A DNA stretch of 64,000 nucleotides, taken from NCBI GenBank assembly GCA_964057225.1, contig OZ059900.1:13888001-13952000 (forward strand), given 5' to 3'. The stretch is from Auanema rhodensis (taxonomy: Eukaryota; Animalia; Nematoda). The stretch's first letter is position 1, and every line of letters begins with the position of its first letter. Of this stretch, positions 27,901-42,900 are shown in pieces. The position numbers and the translations under genes were made by a program. The notes beneath the pieces were generated by a model, which had not been told where the DNA came from, made no database searches, and saw nothing but the letters and a program-made list of their open reading frames with translations.

Positions 27901-30268
27901 TTGTTTTAGTTATTGGATCAAAAAAAAATGTGAGAATGGTTTCGGTTAGTTGTAGACCAAGTCAATAGAACTAATTTTAATGGCGGTTTTTGATTATTTG
28001 ATGTTTTGAAAACATAGACAATTGAGAAAGTTTATATCTAATTTTTGAAAAATTGAGATATATATTTGAAAATTTAAGACCAAATCAATGATGAAAAGAA
28101 AACTTAGAAAAATATGGAGTACTTGCTATAGAACAAACAGATACTTGTTACTAGACAGTGCAAACTTCTGGTCCATTTCAAAAAATCTTTCCTAAACGTC
28201 TGACATCCTTCTTCTGTAGATTTTACGTGCAAACTGATGTATATTGATATAGCTTTATTGAACTTTTATAACTTTTTTTCCCAATATTCGATGTAGTTTC
28301 ATAAATATTCTCATTTCTCATATCACCCGCTATTTAACTTTAAGCATTTATCTATATAATATTTAGATAAAAGAAACCTAATGTATTGAAGTCTTTCATC
28401 CTAATCTTTTCAGTCAGATGTGTTTTTAATTTTTCTCAGCATACGTGCTGCTCATAGCTGTTGGTAACTATTCTCATGCAAAGTTCAAATGATAATGATA
28501 GGTGTCAATTATACTTTGGCGTTTCTACGCACCTTCTTCGTGATATCATAGAAATACTTAGGAACCTTACATTTTGTCAAATGTCTGCGTAAAATTCTTC
28601 TTTAAACTTTCTATTCTTCGAAGTAGTGTGCCGAATTGAATTCTTTAATTTTATTCCCTTTTTCCAATTTCACCGAAAGTAATTTGTTCCTTTAGTTCAA
28701 GCTCCCCTCGCACATTTAACTCAACAAATTCGATAGAAAGAAAGTACGTTTCCTAAATGACAACGAGAAAGTTATCTAAAATCTTTATGCTTTCGATTTC
28801 GAGCTGCTTTCTGCCCCATTTAGGCTCAGACTAGTCTTCTTTCAAATTTCGCGTAATTTTGAATAATGACAGTTTATTCCAATTAGTTTGTTAAGTTTAA
28901 TTGCTTTATCTACAGTCATTAAGGGGATGAAAGCCAATTTGCTTGAACTATCTCAACGATGGCTGCATCGTTTCGCTTTAAATGTTCCGCATTTCCAAAC
29001 CCTTTCAGAAATGCTTAAAATAGAAAGCTCAGATATCAAAATGTATATGTAGTAAACGTGTTCTGCGATGAAAATCACTGCATTGTCAGTATTTACTCAC
29101 ATTATTAAACATTTCTATACTTATTTACATTAATATCAAGTCTACTATTTGCTGACTAGTAGTCTCATGCCATACGTAATTCTCGAATATTCAAGAATTC
29201 TTTAAATTAGATGAAAATAGATTGAAAAACATATAAGTGATGTGAATTTTTTGTTCGGATTTCGATTCTTTTGCTTGAGCCTATTCGAGAAAATATTGAA
29301 AGAAGTTGGAAATACAATTTCAAATAGTCTTTGAACTCTACTCATGTATTTTCAACTAATTTATGTTTTTCTATTATATCTATAAGGGATATAAACTAGT
29401 TGTATGTATTCTGTTTTCATTTGGAAATAATCTTAATTTTTTGATTCATCCTTTTGTAATTTTTATAATTTCTGTCTCGCTTGGGGAACAATTTGCTCTC
29501 ATCAGTTTCAAATAATCAATCCAATATAGTTTTTATAATCATATCGAATGTTTTACATTGAACAAGTTATGTTTGCTTGTTCACATTTTTGTTGCTTTTG
29601 ATATTGACTCAGCTTAGCATATTCAAACGGGAAAAGGTGAAAGAAATAGCATGAGCGGCATAGGTTTTCCACTGTGTACAATTTTTTTATTTTTGCTTTT
29701 GTCGGAAACATTTCATCATCAGTATATTCATACAATTTATGAGCATACGTCATCACATGTTTCATCCTAAAACTTATTCGTCAATTTGTTTTGTTCGCTA
29801 AATAACATTTCGAATCTAATACAATTCTTTATTTCTGCTTTCTTTAATATATATCTATATATAATATCTTTTCTGATGTTTCTATGGCAATCATCATCCG
29901 TATATTGATTTACGAATTGTATTAGTCTAAAATTTGCTAAAATTAAAACTAGTGGATAAGCGCGAGATGAGATTAACAAAAATTATATATAAATATATAA
30001 ATAAACCTGAAATAAACCACATTTGAAAGATTATTAGAATGTTATTCTAATATTTTAATGATTGTGCTTTGACTGAATTTTTGAGAGATTGGATGAACAT
30101 GGATAATCGAACATTTTTATTTGAAAAATTTAAAAAGATTGCTATGACGACATAATAATTCATAAACTTATTTTCTTAATGTATTTCATTCAAATCATTT
30201 TGTATACTCCTGACCATCACTTTAGCTTTTTTTTCAGTTTTTGATATCGCTATGGCATAAATGAAAAA

Positions 30269-32589
30269 ATGAGGTGCAATATACGCCGAATTTTCACATT
30301 CGCTGTTCTGCTCTTTGGAACTACGCTAGTTATACTCTCTCTGCCTCGTAATAATGTAACAGGTTAGTCATATTTCCTTTGATGTTTTCTAATATAGATT
30401 CATTATAGACGATGGATATGAAGTTTTTACAATGCGAACTGCTCAAGATGAATGGGATCTGAAGAAACCAGCAAATGATTATAATAATCCTAAATCACAA
30501 ATATCTGGCCAGAACCGGATTCCATTGCAGCCAAATCCGCCAAGTTTAGTGCAGTCTACTGACGATAAGGATCCGTTTGGTAAGTCGCATTATAAAACAA
30601 TAATAAATAAATGAAAATATTATGGATGCAATGAATAATCAGAAACATAGAGCAAATTCAATTTTTTGAAACCTTTAAAAAATTTGGAATTTTAAAATTT
30701 TTATCGAAAATATTAACAAAGATATTTCAGATTTTCCGGTTTCATCTAATAAAGTACTGCTGAATAAGCTGTACCCATTCTTAAAACATGTTAACTTGTT
30801 GGATATGTCATTGAATGAATGTACAACAAATACAACATTAGGACAATATTGGAAAAAAAAACGGTGAGTGTAGATATGCTCATGGTGTTTCTGTTTAAAA
30901 CTTTGTTTTTTAATTTTTAGTATGGATGTTCAAGCAGAAGATTCATGGGAACATTTCTATTCTGAAATTGGTAGTTGCAATGTGTATAATAATGAAGAAA
31001 CAATAGATAATCTATTATATGATCTCAACAAATTGCCATTGAAATCTGTTCATATAATGGATGGAGGAACACAGGTAGTGTTCCAATTATACTTTGGGTT
31101 TATAATTTGAATATTTTAGGTCAAATTAGTGTTTACATTCATAAATGATAAACAAGCAGTTTTTAAGCCCATGAGGTAAGAATTGAAATTAAGCATAGAT
31201 AACAGTTGATTTTCAGATTTGGAAGAGATTACGAGTCAGATCCAAATCATTTTTACTTCAGTGATTTTGAACGTCATCATGCAGAAATTGCAACCTACCA
31301 TTTAGACAAGTTAGTTGAATACTGTTTTTAAGCCAAAGTTGAAACTGTTTTTAGAATTTTGGGCTTTCGTCGGGCCGTTCCTACTGTTGGAAGAATTTTG
31401 AATATGACTTCCGAACTATTTGAAAAAGCTGAGAAAAGATTGAAAAAGACATTTTTCTGGTCTCCAGGTTAGATTAAACATTTGAAAATGTCTAGTTATT
31501 CGACATATTTTAGTAAAAAATCACTGTTTTGTTTCTCGTTGTGATTATTATTGCGATACTACGCATGCCATATGTGGCTCACCTGATTTGAAAGAAGGAT
31601 CAGTTCAAGTTTTCCTCCCTGATGAAGTACATGTTCCTAGACGTCATAACAAAAGCCCTTATAGAAGGTTATTTTAAAAAATTATTTTTATTTTTATTTT
31701 TTATTTTAGAACTTATTCTAAGAAAAATCAGTTGGCAGAATGGCAGACTGACATGAATTATTGCACAGACAAAGTTAAAATGAAGAAGCAATATGCTCAT
31801 GGACGCCATTTACAAGATTTAATTGATTTGCACATATTGGATTATCTCATCGGTATTTGGAAAATTGAGCATATGTACAAAGTTTGTTTGTTATAGGAAA
31901 TCAGGATAGGCATCATTATGAATCATTCAATGTTTTCTCAGATATTCCATCATACGCTATACACTTAGATAATGGAAGAGCGTTAGTTTCATTCAATACA
32001 TACCTTATCAAATGCCTATTTTTTCAGTTTTGGCCGTTCAAACTTTGATGACGACGATATTCTGTTGCCTCTCAGACAATGTTGTGTTATACGACCATCA
32101 ACTCTTAATACTCTCCTTCAATTCTATAAGAATCCCCGTTCGTTATCAAAAGCACTATACAAGTAAGAAATAATGAAAAGAAAAGGAAAAGAGAATATTA
32201 TTGAATTCAGATCATTATTAAAAGATCCTGTCGCTCCTATTCTTCATAATAAGCATTATCCGGCTATTGAAAGACGGCTGCACAAAGGTTGGCATTGATT
32301 TAGTTTAGACTTTGCAAATGCTTTTGCAATAAAAAACATGAGATTTTAGACGAAAAAATTTAAAAAATATTTTATATTTGGTTTAATAATCATTTTAAAT
32401 ATTGATTTAGTCATGTCCTACATATTGGAATGTCTCGAAAATAATCCATTTTCATCTGTTGTCATGCCAATTTACAATAATCCAAACTACGTTGAAGCCG
32501 AGGAGGAAGAAGAAAATAGTCAACAAGCAGATTTGGAAAAGAAAGATCCAAAGAATATGAATAACAACGATCATAATGTCAAATCTTAA
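30269..32589 (+). CDS. famk-1: FAM20C-family secretory-pathway kinase
   Basis: [13 protein letters not shown] signal anchor, [42 protein letters not shown] and HLDNGRAFG. Confidence 0.95.
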
Positions 32590-33822
32590 GCATTTTTCCT
32601 TTAATTATTGGGGGAAATGTGATTTGGATCTCATGCATTTCTACCTTGACTATCTGGGAATTTGAATTATATCAAAAGTAATTGTAATTAGGTGCTTGTA
32701 ACGTTAATTTAAAAATGTTGTATGTTAGGATTTTGATTATTATAGTCGAGAATGTTTTGAAACGTATATGCATATATATATTTATATATATATAGCTTAT
32801 AACCCTCAATAGTATTGCAGTAATTGCAGTCACATGGTCTAATAATTTCCACATTCTGAGGTTATTTACGTGTAGGCGAGAGAGTATGGTTGTTTCATAA
32901 GTAGAGAATATCACTTTTTTTGATATGTAGCAAAATTGACTGTTTCCTCTATGTATTTGTTGTTTCAGTCGGGTTGTTAAGTACGCACAAAGTTTATAGT
33001 TTACCTTTCCTTCGTATTCCGCACAGCATTGTGCTTGTTCTTATCCTGTGATAATATTTCATTTTTTTACGAATATGTATGCATTTTTTATTGTTTTGAT
33101 ATTAGTCGCTTCAAATTAGTATCGCACTGTTTTTGTTGTATTTTTTAGTAATGTATTTGATCGGGAATTTATAGTTTGATAATTTTTTTGACACCTCATT
33201 TCAATGAATCAATACTAAGTTCTATAGCATGAAAAGTAACTTGAAAAACTCTTAAGACAAGAAGACAAACAAACAAACTGATATCTTCAACCATTAAACG
33301 ATGAACAAAACAAAACAAGAAAATTATTTTTTATCCCTTTTCTTCTATTTTCTTTTTCCAAAAGTCATTTTTAAAATGTCTGTCAATGAGCAACAGACAC
33401 GTTGTTTAATTGAACAGACATCTTTCGATTTTTATACATTCTGCTTGAGAAATCTTTATCGACTTTTCCGATTTTACACAACTCCAGATATTTTATTAGG
33501 AAAAACTTCCTCATAGATAGTGTTTTTTGACCTTTTTTTTTACTTTGTATTGAAAAAAAGCATTTTTTTCGAAAACCATAGTTGCATTTTCGTCGTTAAT
33601 ATATACAGATGCATATAATATATATGTAGATTCATAGCTTTTACAACTATTATCATCATAATATAGTTTTCGTCATCAAATATATATTTTCAAGTAAACA
33701 CCGCAATTATTTTCTGAGCTATTGGTTTTTCAATCAAAAGCCTTGCATACGCTATATATATATATATATTTATATTCATAAAAACAGATATTTATAACGT
33801 GTATTGTAGAGTAGTTAACTCA

Positions 33823-34790
33823 ATGTCATTTCATCGACGTCCAGCAATAGCTGTTACAGCAGATTTTGATGGGCCTATACTTGGTAAAAAAAAATACATA
33901 AAGATAGAATATCTGTTCATAATTGCTTTTCTTCCAATAAAAATATGCATTTTGTAGACTTTGGTCCAGATGTTCCTTTGGCATCATCAATACATACACA
34001 ATATTATAGGCCTCCCAGTTTAAAACAAGTCGTTTTATTGGGTTTTATCTTACTATTATCGATTTATAGGTTGTTGAGCAAACTCATTTTTCCAAGAACG
34101 AGATTAGAGCCATTTATCGAGCTTTCAAAGAAACTTCACCTAACGCTCTAATAAATCGAGGTACCATTGAATAAATCAGTTAAATTATGTGAAAAAATAG
34201 AAATTTTACGTGAAAAATTCACCGAACTATTCCCTCAAGGAGATTCTAAGTTCTATTCTGATCTACTTTTTGATTCATTTGACAGCGATGGTAGTGGAAC
34301 TATTAGCTTTATGGTAGCCATCAGCAACTACTCTAGTTGATATATCAGAAATATTCATTTTTTTCAGGAATTTGTTAGAGCTTTGTCAATTTTATGTAGG
34401 GGCACGATTGAAGAGAAAATAGATTGGGTATACAAAATATACGATCCGAAAGGTTTAGGCAGAATAACATGGGACCGTTTGTACAATGTGCTTACTTCGG
34501 CTGATAGTTTAATAGGTCAGAAATCAATGTTGTGTTAGCTATATACAACTTTTTAGGCAAAAATGCGTTACCTCGAACATCCCGTCGTCTTTTAGCGGAA
34601 AGAACACATAAAATATTTGAGGTATTTGAGGTTATGCTCGTTTTCATTAGATATGAATTTTATAATTTCTCAGAAGTTCGATAAAAGTGATAAAGGCCAC
34701 ATTACGCGAGAAGAATTTTTCCAGGTGTGTCTCAATGATACACAAATTTTACAATCGATTACAAGTCTCTACACAATATTACCCGGCTAA
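33823..34790 (+). CDS. Neuronal calcium sensor, KChIP-like EF-hand protein
   Basis: THFSKNEIRAIYRAFKETSPN, LFPQGDS, FDSDGSGTISFMEF, RGTIEEKIDW and FDKSDKGHITREEF. Confidence 0.9.
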
Positions 34791-35399
34791 TTCAATTGTT
34801 GAATCAGTATACAACATAATGCTCGATGATAAATCTTTCATGTGTACAAACTTATATTTCTGTTTCTTCAAAATAGATAATAGAAAAAGTAATTGTTTAG
34901 ACAATTGATTTCACTTTAATCGAGCTAATCAATATTTTTTTCGATAGAAACTTCATCCAAATATACGAAATCCAGTGTTTAAGAACTTTGAACCAAGTTA
35001 GTTTATCATGATTAGCGATTCAAATAAAATCGGACAGCGGAATATCTTCTTTCGTTTCCAAATTCCCAATGAAATTTTTTTTTGTCAAAATTCAATCAAT
35101 TTATCGAAATCAATATGAAATCGATTAGAAATTTATGATGAACCATTTCTATTTTTTTTAAGAAAACTGAATAATTTTCAGAGTTATGATAATATCTCTG
35201 TTATGATTGTGTTTATTAAAATAAACATAGCATATGAGATGTTTCAATTGATAGTTGGAGCTTTAATCATTGTAAACGTCAAGCAGAGATCGTTTTATTT
35301 ATCACCTATTCAACTGTATATAACATGAACATATATAAATGTTAAATTCAACAGAAAAGCGATAATATGCAACATAAACAGTTCCTTTTCAAGTTTTTT

Positions 35400-38300
35400 C
35401 TATGGAGCATATGTAGCTGTCGCTGAACATGTGCGATAAAATACCAAATTGTATTCTTCGTAGCTTCCATGCATATTATCCTCAGTCATAAAACATGATT
35501 CAGTAGTATAACCAGCACGGAAACGGTAAGCAGATTGCAGATATTGTCCAACAGATATTTCAAATGTCATATCATCAATCTGAAGATTGAATTATATTAT
35601 TATGATTCATTCTGATAATTATACAAACCTGATAAGCTGTTGGATAACCTCCATTTTCCGTAGAAGACGCAGAATCCACGTTACAAAGCTTGTTTTGGAA
35701 GTTTGCCAAATAACCACAGTTATTTACAACTTTACCCTTAGGTATACTGAAACAAAATGATTTGCAAACATCTTTTGCTTAATAGACTTACTTGAAACGA
35801 ATATCAATAGATATTGTAGGTAAATAAGGAGATACCGGTATATACAAATTATAACGATTACGTTTAAGACTACAACTTCCTTCCACGCAATAACGACTAT
35901 CAATTGTTGCATTCAAGGCGGGAATCTCAATAGTTACTCCATCCGAAAATGATTTTCCAATGCCATTCAAAATATTAGGGGCATTGCGTATTATTGCATC
36001 AGATTTTTTGCTGTCCATTAAATCCATTTGATATTGGAATTGGAACTGAAACAAACGAGATTTTCTTCGCACGTAATAAACTTTGATACCTCATCATGAG
36101 ATACTGCTCCAGGTACAACACTATCAGGAAAGTCCATATTCGGTCGACAACAATAAGAATGACAATTTCCAAGCGGACACTGGAAGCCGACCAGCGGCGG
36201 TGCGTCTGGTTGTGACATTCCAGGAGGTTTAACCATTTCTCCAATATCTTCATTACGTTCATTTCCGCTCATACCACCACGTCCATTTGGCCCATAATAA
36301 ATAGAAAAATTGCGATTGTACCAGTCCAAAATATAAAGACCCGACATTGCTAAGAGACAAGCAGTCATCACAAATACTAATGCGACTACTGTCCCTTGCG
36401 TTATTTTCGAATTACAAATTGGATCTCCTCGATGACAATTTGATCGACATTCCTAAAAAAATAATCATAAGCTACTTTTTGATCTGAATGCATACCCTCC
36501 GACGATGGAAAATATTGCTTGAAACAACTGAGCTAAGACTCAAAACACTTTTAGAATCCATGTCGGTACTAGAGAGATTTGTTCCCGAAGTGCTCAAAAG
36601 TTTTTTCCGTCGAGCATACATTGCTAGTCGTTGACTGATTTCTTCGACCTTATCATCAATCTTGCTATCCAGATCACCAGTGAGACGACATAGTTCTTTA
36701 GTTGCTAGCAGTGTTTCGTAGAAAACACGGTTTTCGTCAACAGTCAGATATGCACCAATATCGTGTACGGCTTCCGGTAAAACCTGAGCAAAACTTTGTT
36801 ATAAACATTTGAGGAAAAAAAACTTACAGTTGCAAGCTCTTGTGCAATCAAACCAGTTTTGTGTCGTTGCTTTTCTGGAAGACCCCATTTGTCCGCTACT
36901 TCTTGTTTATAAGAATAGCCAACAACATGAAGTTTACGAACATTTTCTAAAGCTTGAATCTGATCTTTCTCTGTAAAATTTTCCTTCAATGTAGCATCTG
37001 ACGGTGTTATTAGCTAAAATTTGAAAAATTAATGCAAATATTCTTATTAATCTCTCCAACCTTTCCAACATGATATATATCTCCGTGAACTGTTAATTTA
37101 GCATCACCAACTGTCATATCCGACCCCACAGCTACAGGATTTTGAGTATAGAGTAGCGAGCCATTGCGATTCCACTGAGCTTCTACTTCTGGTGGTTCAA
37201 AGGAACCAGGGTTTGTTGCCTGCAATATAGTTAATGGTAAAACAACGAGTTGTAAACTGCTATATTCTCTATCTTGAAAGCTGAGAGATGTGAATAATCA
37301 TACAATTAAACTCACTCGAACTATGACTTTTTCAGACTGATACGATTGAATAATATGTGTCTGTCCATCGTCCATAAGAGCTACTAATCGAATAACCAAT
37401 AAGAAATACTTCTGATCTGGATTTGGCTTATAGTTTTTTCTTTGATTATTAAGTGTTGTGTCTTGGAAATGAAGACGGGGTACAGTAACTTTAGTCATTT
37501 GACGTTCTATAATCTTGATTCTGAAAATTATTTGTTAAATTTAATAAATGAATAATAGATGCATACGTCACAGGATCATGGTTGATTGGTTTCCTGTCGT
37601 TTTGAGATTGTTTTATTTGAATCTCGCAACTGGGCATTTCGGCTTTGACTCCACAGAAGACAAGCTTGAACTCGTTGATAGGAATAAGTTGTCTATCCTT
37701 CTTTACATACACTGGAGGCAAGTTGTCTATAGCTTCGATATGAACAGAAATCTAGAAATTTCAATGAAAATGATGTTATATCTGTGTTTGAAAACAAACC
37801 TGGAAATGATTCTTCTTCTGATTTACAAAGCATTGATCAGCCCCAGAATAGTTAAATCCTTTATCAGCAACAACATGCACTTGTAATTTTTCCAGTTCAT
37901 TTCGCTCAGCATCATATAAAGGCAACCATTTATCTTCTTCAAACTTTGAAAACTTGATGACAGGATTGTGAGGTAGATGCGGTTCAGTTTTCATATATCC
38001 GTTTGTTATCATGTTAATTGATTGACTATATTCACCGCCACCCGGTTGAGATATTTTCATAACTGGAGGATTTATTAAACGTTGCTGTTGTGAGCTGGCA
38101 GCGATATCGGGTGATATCACATTGAGTTGGCGCTGCTGCGAATGAGATGAATTCATAACACTTCCAGTTTGACCACAAGGTGGAGAAGGTCCAGATTGAG
38201 GTGGTGCCATGCTTTGGGGTTGATTAGACAGCTGAGATGGAGCCATGCCATATTGTCCATTTGATTGATCTGGAGGTGCTCCTCCCGTCATATTTAGTGA

Positions 38301-39954
38301 TGATATCCCATTATTCATGCCTAATGGAGGTGATTCCATGTTATAAACTGTTTTCTTATCAATATCATCCAAATCATCTTCAAGGCGTGGTCTTTTTCTG
38401 AAACATTTGATTAAAAAAATATTTAAGTAATTTCATACCGGATAAATGGTTCCTGCGACCCAATCATACCATAAAAGCTTAAATCATCAGGATAGCCACT
38501 ATTGGATTGATATCCAGATCTTCTCAAATGAGATTTTCGTGATCCTGGCTGCTGTGCGCCATTAATCTTAAAAATAATATAATAAGTGAGACATGGTACA
38601 TTTGATGTCTTACATCAGGTATTTGCTGATTTGGCTGTTCATGTTGAGCATAAGGAGTTACATAGCAATCTCCATCAGGCACATTCATGCCATGTGTGTT
38701 ATGCATCGGCCTGTAAATAGAATGAATATAACATTTTAGTTAATTATAATATACTACCGAGAATACATTGCTATCTGATCTGGTTGTGACACCATCATAC
38801 CGTTGCCTAAATCTGGTACTCCAAGTATTAAACTCTGATGACTTGGGTTATTTGGATTATATGCTGAAATCAAATTAATTCTAATTCTAATCTCATTATA
38901 TTTATACTCACCGCCACTTGAATAGCTAGAAAAGGTGTCAGGGCTGTAAGGAGGATCAGAATTGCTTGAAGGTGAAGCCGAAGAGCCATTTCCAGATATG
39001 TCGGTTATAGGAGGAGAGTCCGGCAAGCGACCATTATTCTGAATAAAATAGCAATGAAAAACACAGACAAATTAATTTGTAAATGTTATAAGACTACGAC
39101 TTACTTCGCACATCAAATGATGAGGCACTTGAATATGATTAACACGATTTGACATGTAATTGTGTTGCATGTTTTGTTGAGGATGATTAACTCCTTGATT
39201 TTGTTGATTATGAGGATTATTGTTATTAGGTCCTAGAGGTACGTGTGATATCTCGTTATTGTTTTGTACATTTGAACGCTGTGATCGATGAGCCTCTTGG
39301 TGTGTTGGCTGTGCAGGGCTTTCGACGGGTGTGCTGAAATACAAAAAAATATGTTCTTGTATTCAAGTTTTTCAATTTTTTTTCTTATCGGAATTCTACA
39401 AAAGTGCGGGAGTGCTTGCTATTTTAGATGTTTAATCTTTATTTAAACATTCACATAAACCTTTAAAAGCAACTGTAGCAAAAACTTTTTTTTATTTTAT
39501 CATGGCAATTAATTATATCCATATTTTAAAAATAATAATTAAAATTAAATAAAAACGTTGCTCGATTATTAAAACTAAATTAGATATGTGAGAATAATTC
39601 ATGAATATGAAACAAGATCACAATTAAAATAATTAATTTCCAACTTTTTGCAGTTTTTATTACTTGGAGCTAAAGTTTTTCATAGTTTCAGAGTAAAATG
39701 CGCATAAAAAATGACGTTCGTTGTTGTGCAGTGAGAAAGTTTAAGAAAGGACTAAAAATGTAGCTTACGTGTTATCAGCCGATAAAAATTGTATTATGTC
39801 AAACGACGATACGTCTGTAAAATCAGATAAGGGATCGGCAAGCGGCTCATCGAGAACTAAAAGATAATTTTAAGTAATTTGAATATCAAATTGTTTTTAA
39901 TTTCAAAATAATCTATAATTTACCTTTATAGCTACGCCGTTTATTATTAGCCAT
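35400..39954 (-). CDS. MYRF: Myelin regulatory factor (Ndt80 DNA-binding domain, intramolecular chaperone autoprotease, TM helix, luminal domain); myrf-1/myrf-2 family
   Basis: [17 protein letters not shown]...[24 protein letters not shown]...[34 protein letters not shown], a TM helix, and C-terminal YNLVFYRTC. Confidence 0.95.
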
Positions 39955-42900
39955 TATATATCATTTATTTATCAATCGAATATTCAATTATCGGTACACT
40001 TCTTCTTCTGGAAAAAAAAAACTATATTCTGTTTCGAGATCATATCAGAGAAATATGCGGCACAAAATAAATAAATAAGTTAACAAGTTTGTCATAAAAT
40101 CTTTTTTTAGAGAATTAATTAGAAGTTTAGGATTGTGTTCTAAAATTAGAATAAATTAGCAACATTAATAACATAATACAGACTTTGAAATAGTTTAGTT
40201 ATGTTTTTATATGTCTTACTCTGTCTTCGAAAGGATTTCGGTATGTTTTTTCAAGTCTTACTGTGTAAGACGTGAGAACAATTTAAAAATATAATTCAAC
40301 AACAGTAAAAAATTGATAAACAATAAAATAATGAAATAAGAAATTGAGTGAACTATTGCAACGAAACAGAAGTTTAGTGAAAAAAGTGCAAAAGATTGCT
40401 TTGAAGAGTGGATAGATCGATTCAGAACAAAGCACATAGAGAAATATACGATGATGCGGTAGAGAAAAAGATGAAATGAGAGAGTACGAGTGAGGGGATA
40501 GAGATTGCAACTTATGTTATAAAGAAGAAGACAGACATGCAGAGAGTTTGGAAGAGGAATAGAGTGGTAGTGCAAGATCAATGTGAATCGTTCATGATTG
40601 ATTCGAGTGAATGCAATGGAGATTTCAGAGACAAGGTGACTGCGTTGAATAGAGAAATATTGGAATATTTATGAGAAACAAGACAGAGAAGAACTAAGAA
40701 GAGAGCAGAACACTCTGTTGAACCCCGCAAAAAAAACCGGAAAAATGAAATGTGCCGGCGCACGGATGTTGTATTAGAAGTTTCGATAAACTGCTAGTGA
40801 CAATGTGGACAACGATAGAGAGGAATAAAGGATAGAAATATAGATAGATAGGGATGATGAGATGAAGAGAATATCGCTACGTAAAACAAAGAAGAGAACA
40901 AGATCGAAAAAAACCAAATTGGTGATCTATGTTGAATAAGAGCAAAATACGTCAAATATCGTTAGGTATTCACACTTATTGTTCGTTGAAAAAAAAAGTA
41001 AAAGAATGAGCCGTAAAATAAGAAAACCTATAATATCAAGATGAAAAAAGTGCTGATGCACACACATATGGGTAATACAAAAGCGGTACCATGCAAACAA
41101 TGAATGAGACTGCGCTGTTTCAGCATCTGCATGGTAAGCATACTTTTTCTTCTATCCCGCTATTATTCATTCGCATTCCTAGTAATGCTAATCTTAGTAA
41201 TTTTTAGAGACAAATACGAACGGGCGTTGAAAATAGAAATTGCTGAATCGCATATGTTCCGCAAAACGCACCATTATAACAATCGGTTAGGAGGGTTTAA
41301 CTATATGTTTATTTCAGACATAGTTAACATTGAAACAAAGAATTATCACTCTGTGTTCAAAATATGCGAGATACAAACGATATAGAGCAATCTTCAAGTA
41401 AAGTCTTAATCAGAAGAAAATAAAATATTCAAAATGTAGTCATAGCTTGCTTGAAAGACAATAATTGTCTTTTGTCTTAAGTATGTATTGGTTATCATGA
41501 AAGGAATTATAATTAAAAGTAAAAATAATAATTTTGTATTGATACACAAACAAACTATTTCTCAAAGTTGAAAAAACATTGATTTCAAAAGTCTGTAAAT
41601 GAATTCAAAGCATCTCTTGTTATATCATTATATTTCCCAGCTGCACATAGGAAATTACATTAATTCCGCAGAAACTGAAATAGCTCACTCACAAGGCCGA
41701 GCCAGGCACCAACATCCTAGCTCTTTCACTCTTGTCCGTTGCACGTTGTTGGTCAATAAAAGCAGAGAGCCAGAGGATATATCGTAAACAACATTTTTCG
41801 AACGCTGAACGATGCCTCAAACGCTTATTGAAAGCAAAGAACTAAGTATAATCTTCGATTTTTGATCTGTTGTGCATTATTTCGCAGACATTACGCTTTT
41901 TTGCGGGAAAAGGGTTATAGTTAAAAGACTTGAGGAGTAGCACATATGAATATAAGAGATTTTCAGGAAAAAAACGATCCATTAAGCCCAATGTTTCGAA
42001 AATCAGGGAAAGCAACTTTGAATGAAAAAACACATTGATATATAAATAAAAAGAATTCAGATAACATTAACATTTATAATTTAATACTTAAAGTTCAGGC
42101 TTATAGTTCGCAACAGATGCATGCAGTTGATAAATTGTAAACAAAACTTAGTTACCGCAACTAGTTATCTAGTCCGGCCTCTGTGCCAGGCAGTAACATT
42201 ACTCTATTATTATTAACCTATCATTCTCTTTTACTCACTTGCGACCTCAAAAATTTTATTCAAAATTACATTATACTACTCATTTACTTAATTAACTGAA
42301 AAAAACAACATATGAAGCTTCTGTTTGCTTCTATTTAGTCAAAACAAAACAAGTTCAAAATGTCATCCCAATGATTTCTTTATCTTAGTATCTATCGTTG
42401 TAATTTTTCAGAAATATTAGTTTCTCACATTCTGTAAATACAATAAACTGCTCAGAAAAAATCTTATCGAACGCCTCATTGAAAAGAACCCAGTGCTATA
42501 CCGCGCAAAAAAATAGAGGAGAACATTGCAAACGTTCAAGGCTGTCTCAACATGACGCAGGACATTCAATCAACAGAGGAGAGCTCTATGTTTCTCTGTC
42601 TACCCACAATCACCACCAGGCACGAAAGGGCCTTCACTCGCATGTCTATCATTGAAATGCGCTCTCGGGTTTCTCACACTCTTTTTTCTCTAGCCTTTTC
42701 TTCTGCCACTCTTTTGTACTCATACTCTCTCGCTTTTCTTCTTTTCGTCAAATGGGTATATGTATTCTTTTGATGTCTATTTCACTAGCAATAGGGCAAA
42801 GAGAAAATGAAATACTCGGCTGAAACGAAATACTCTAAACAAATAGAAGCAGGAATATAGATTGAATACAGCAGAAAAAGCAACGTAGCTAACTTGTGAT

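Noticed and set aside
25300-30200. Short Phe/Leu/Ile-rich ORFs in intergenic DNA (also 7.1-10.4 kb and 40-44 kb)
   Set aside because: Compositional by-products of AT-rich or pyrimidine-rich non-coding sequence, with no consistent exon chains found.
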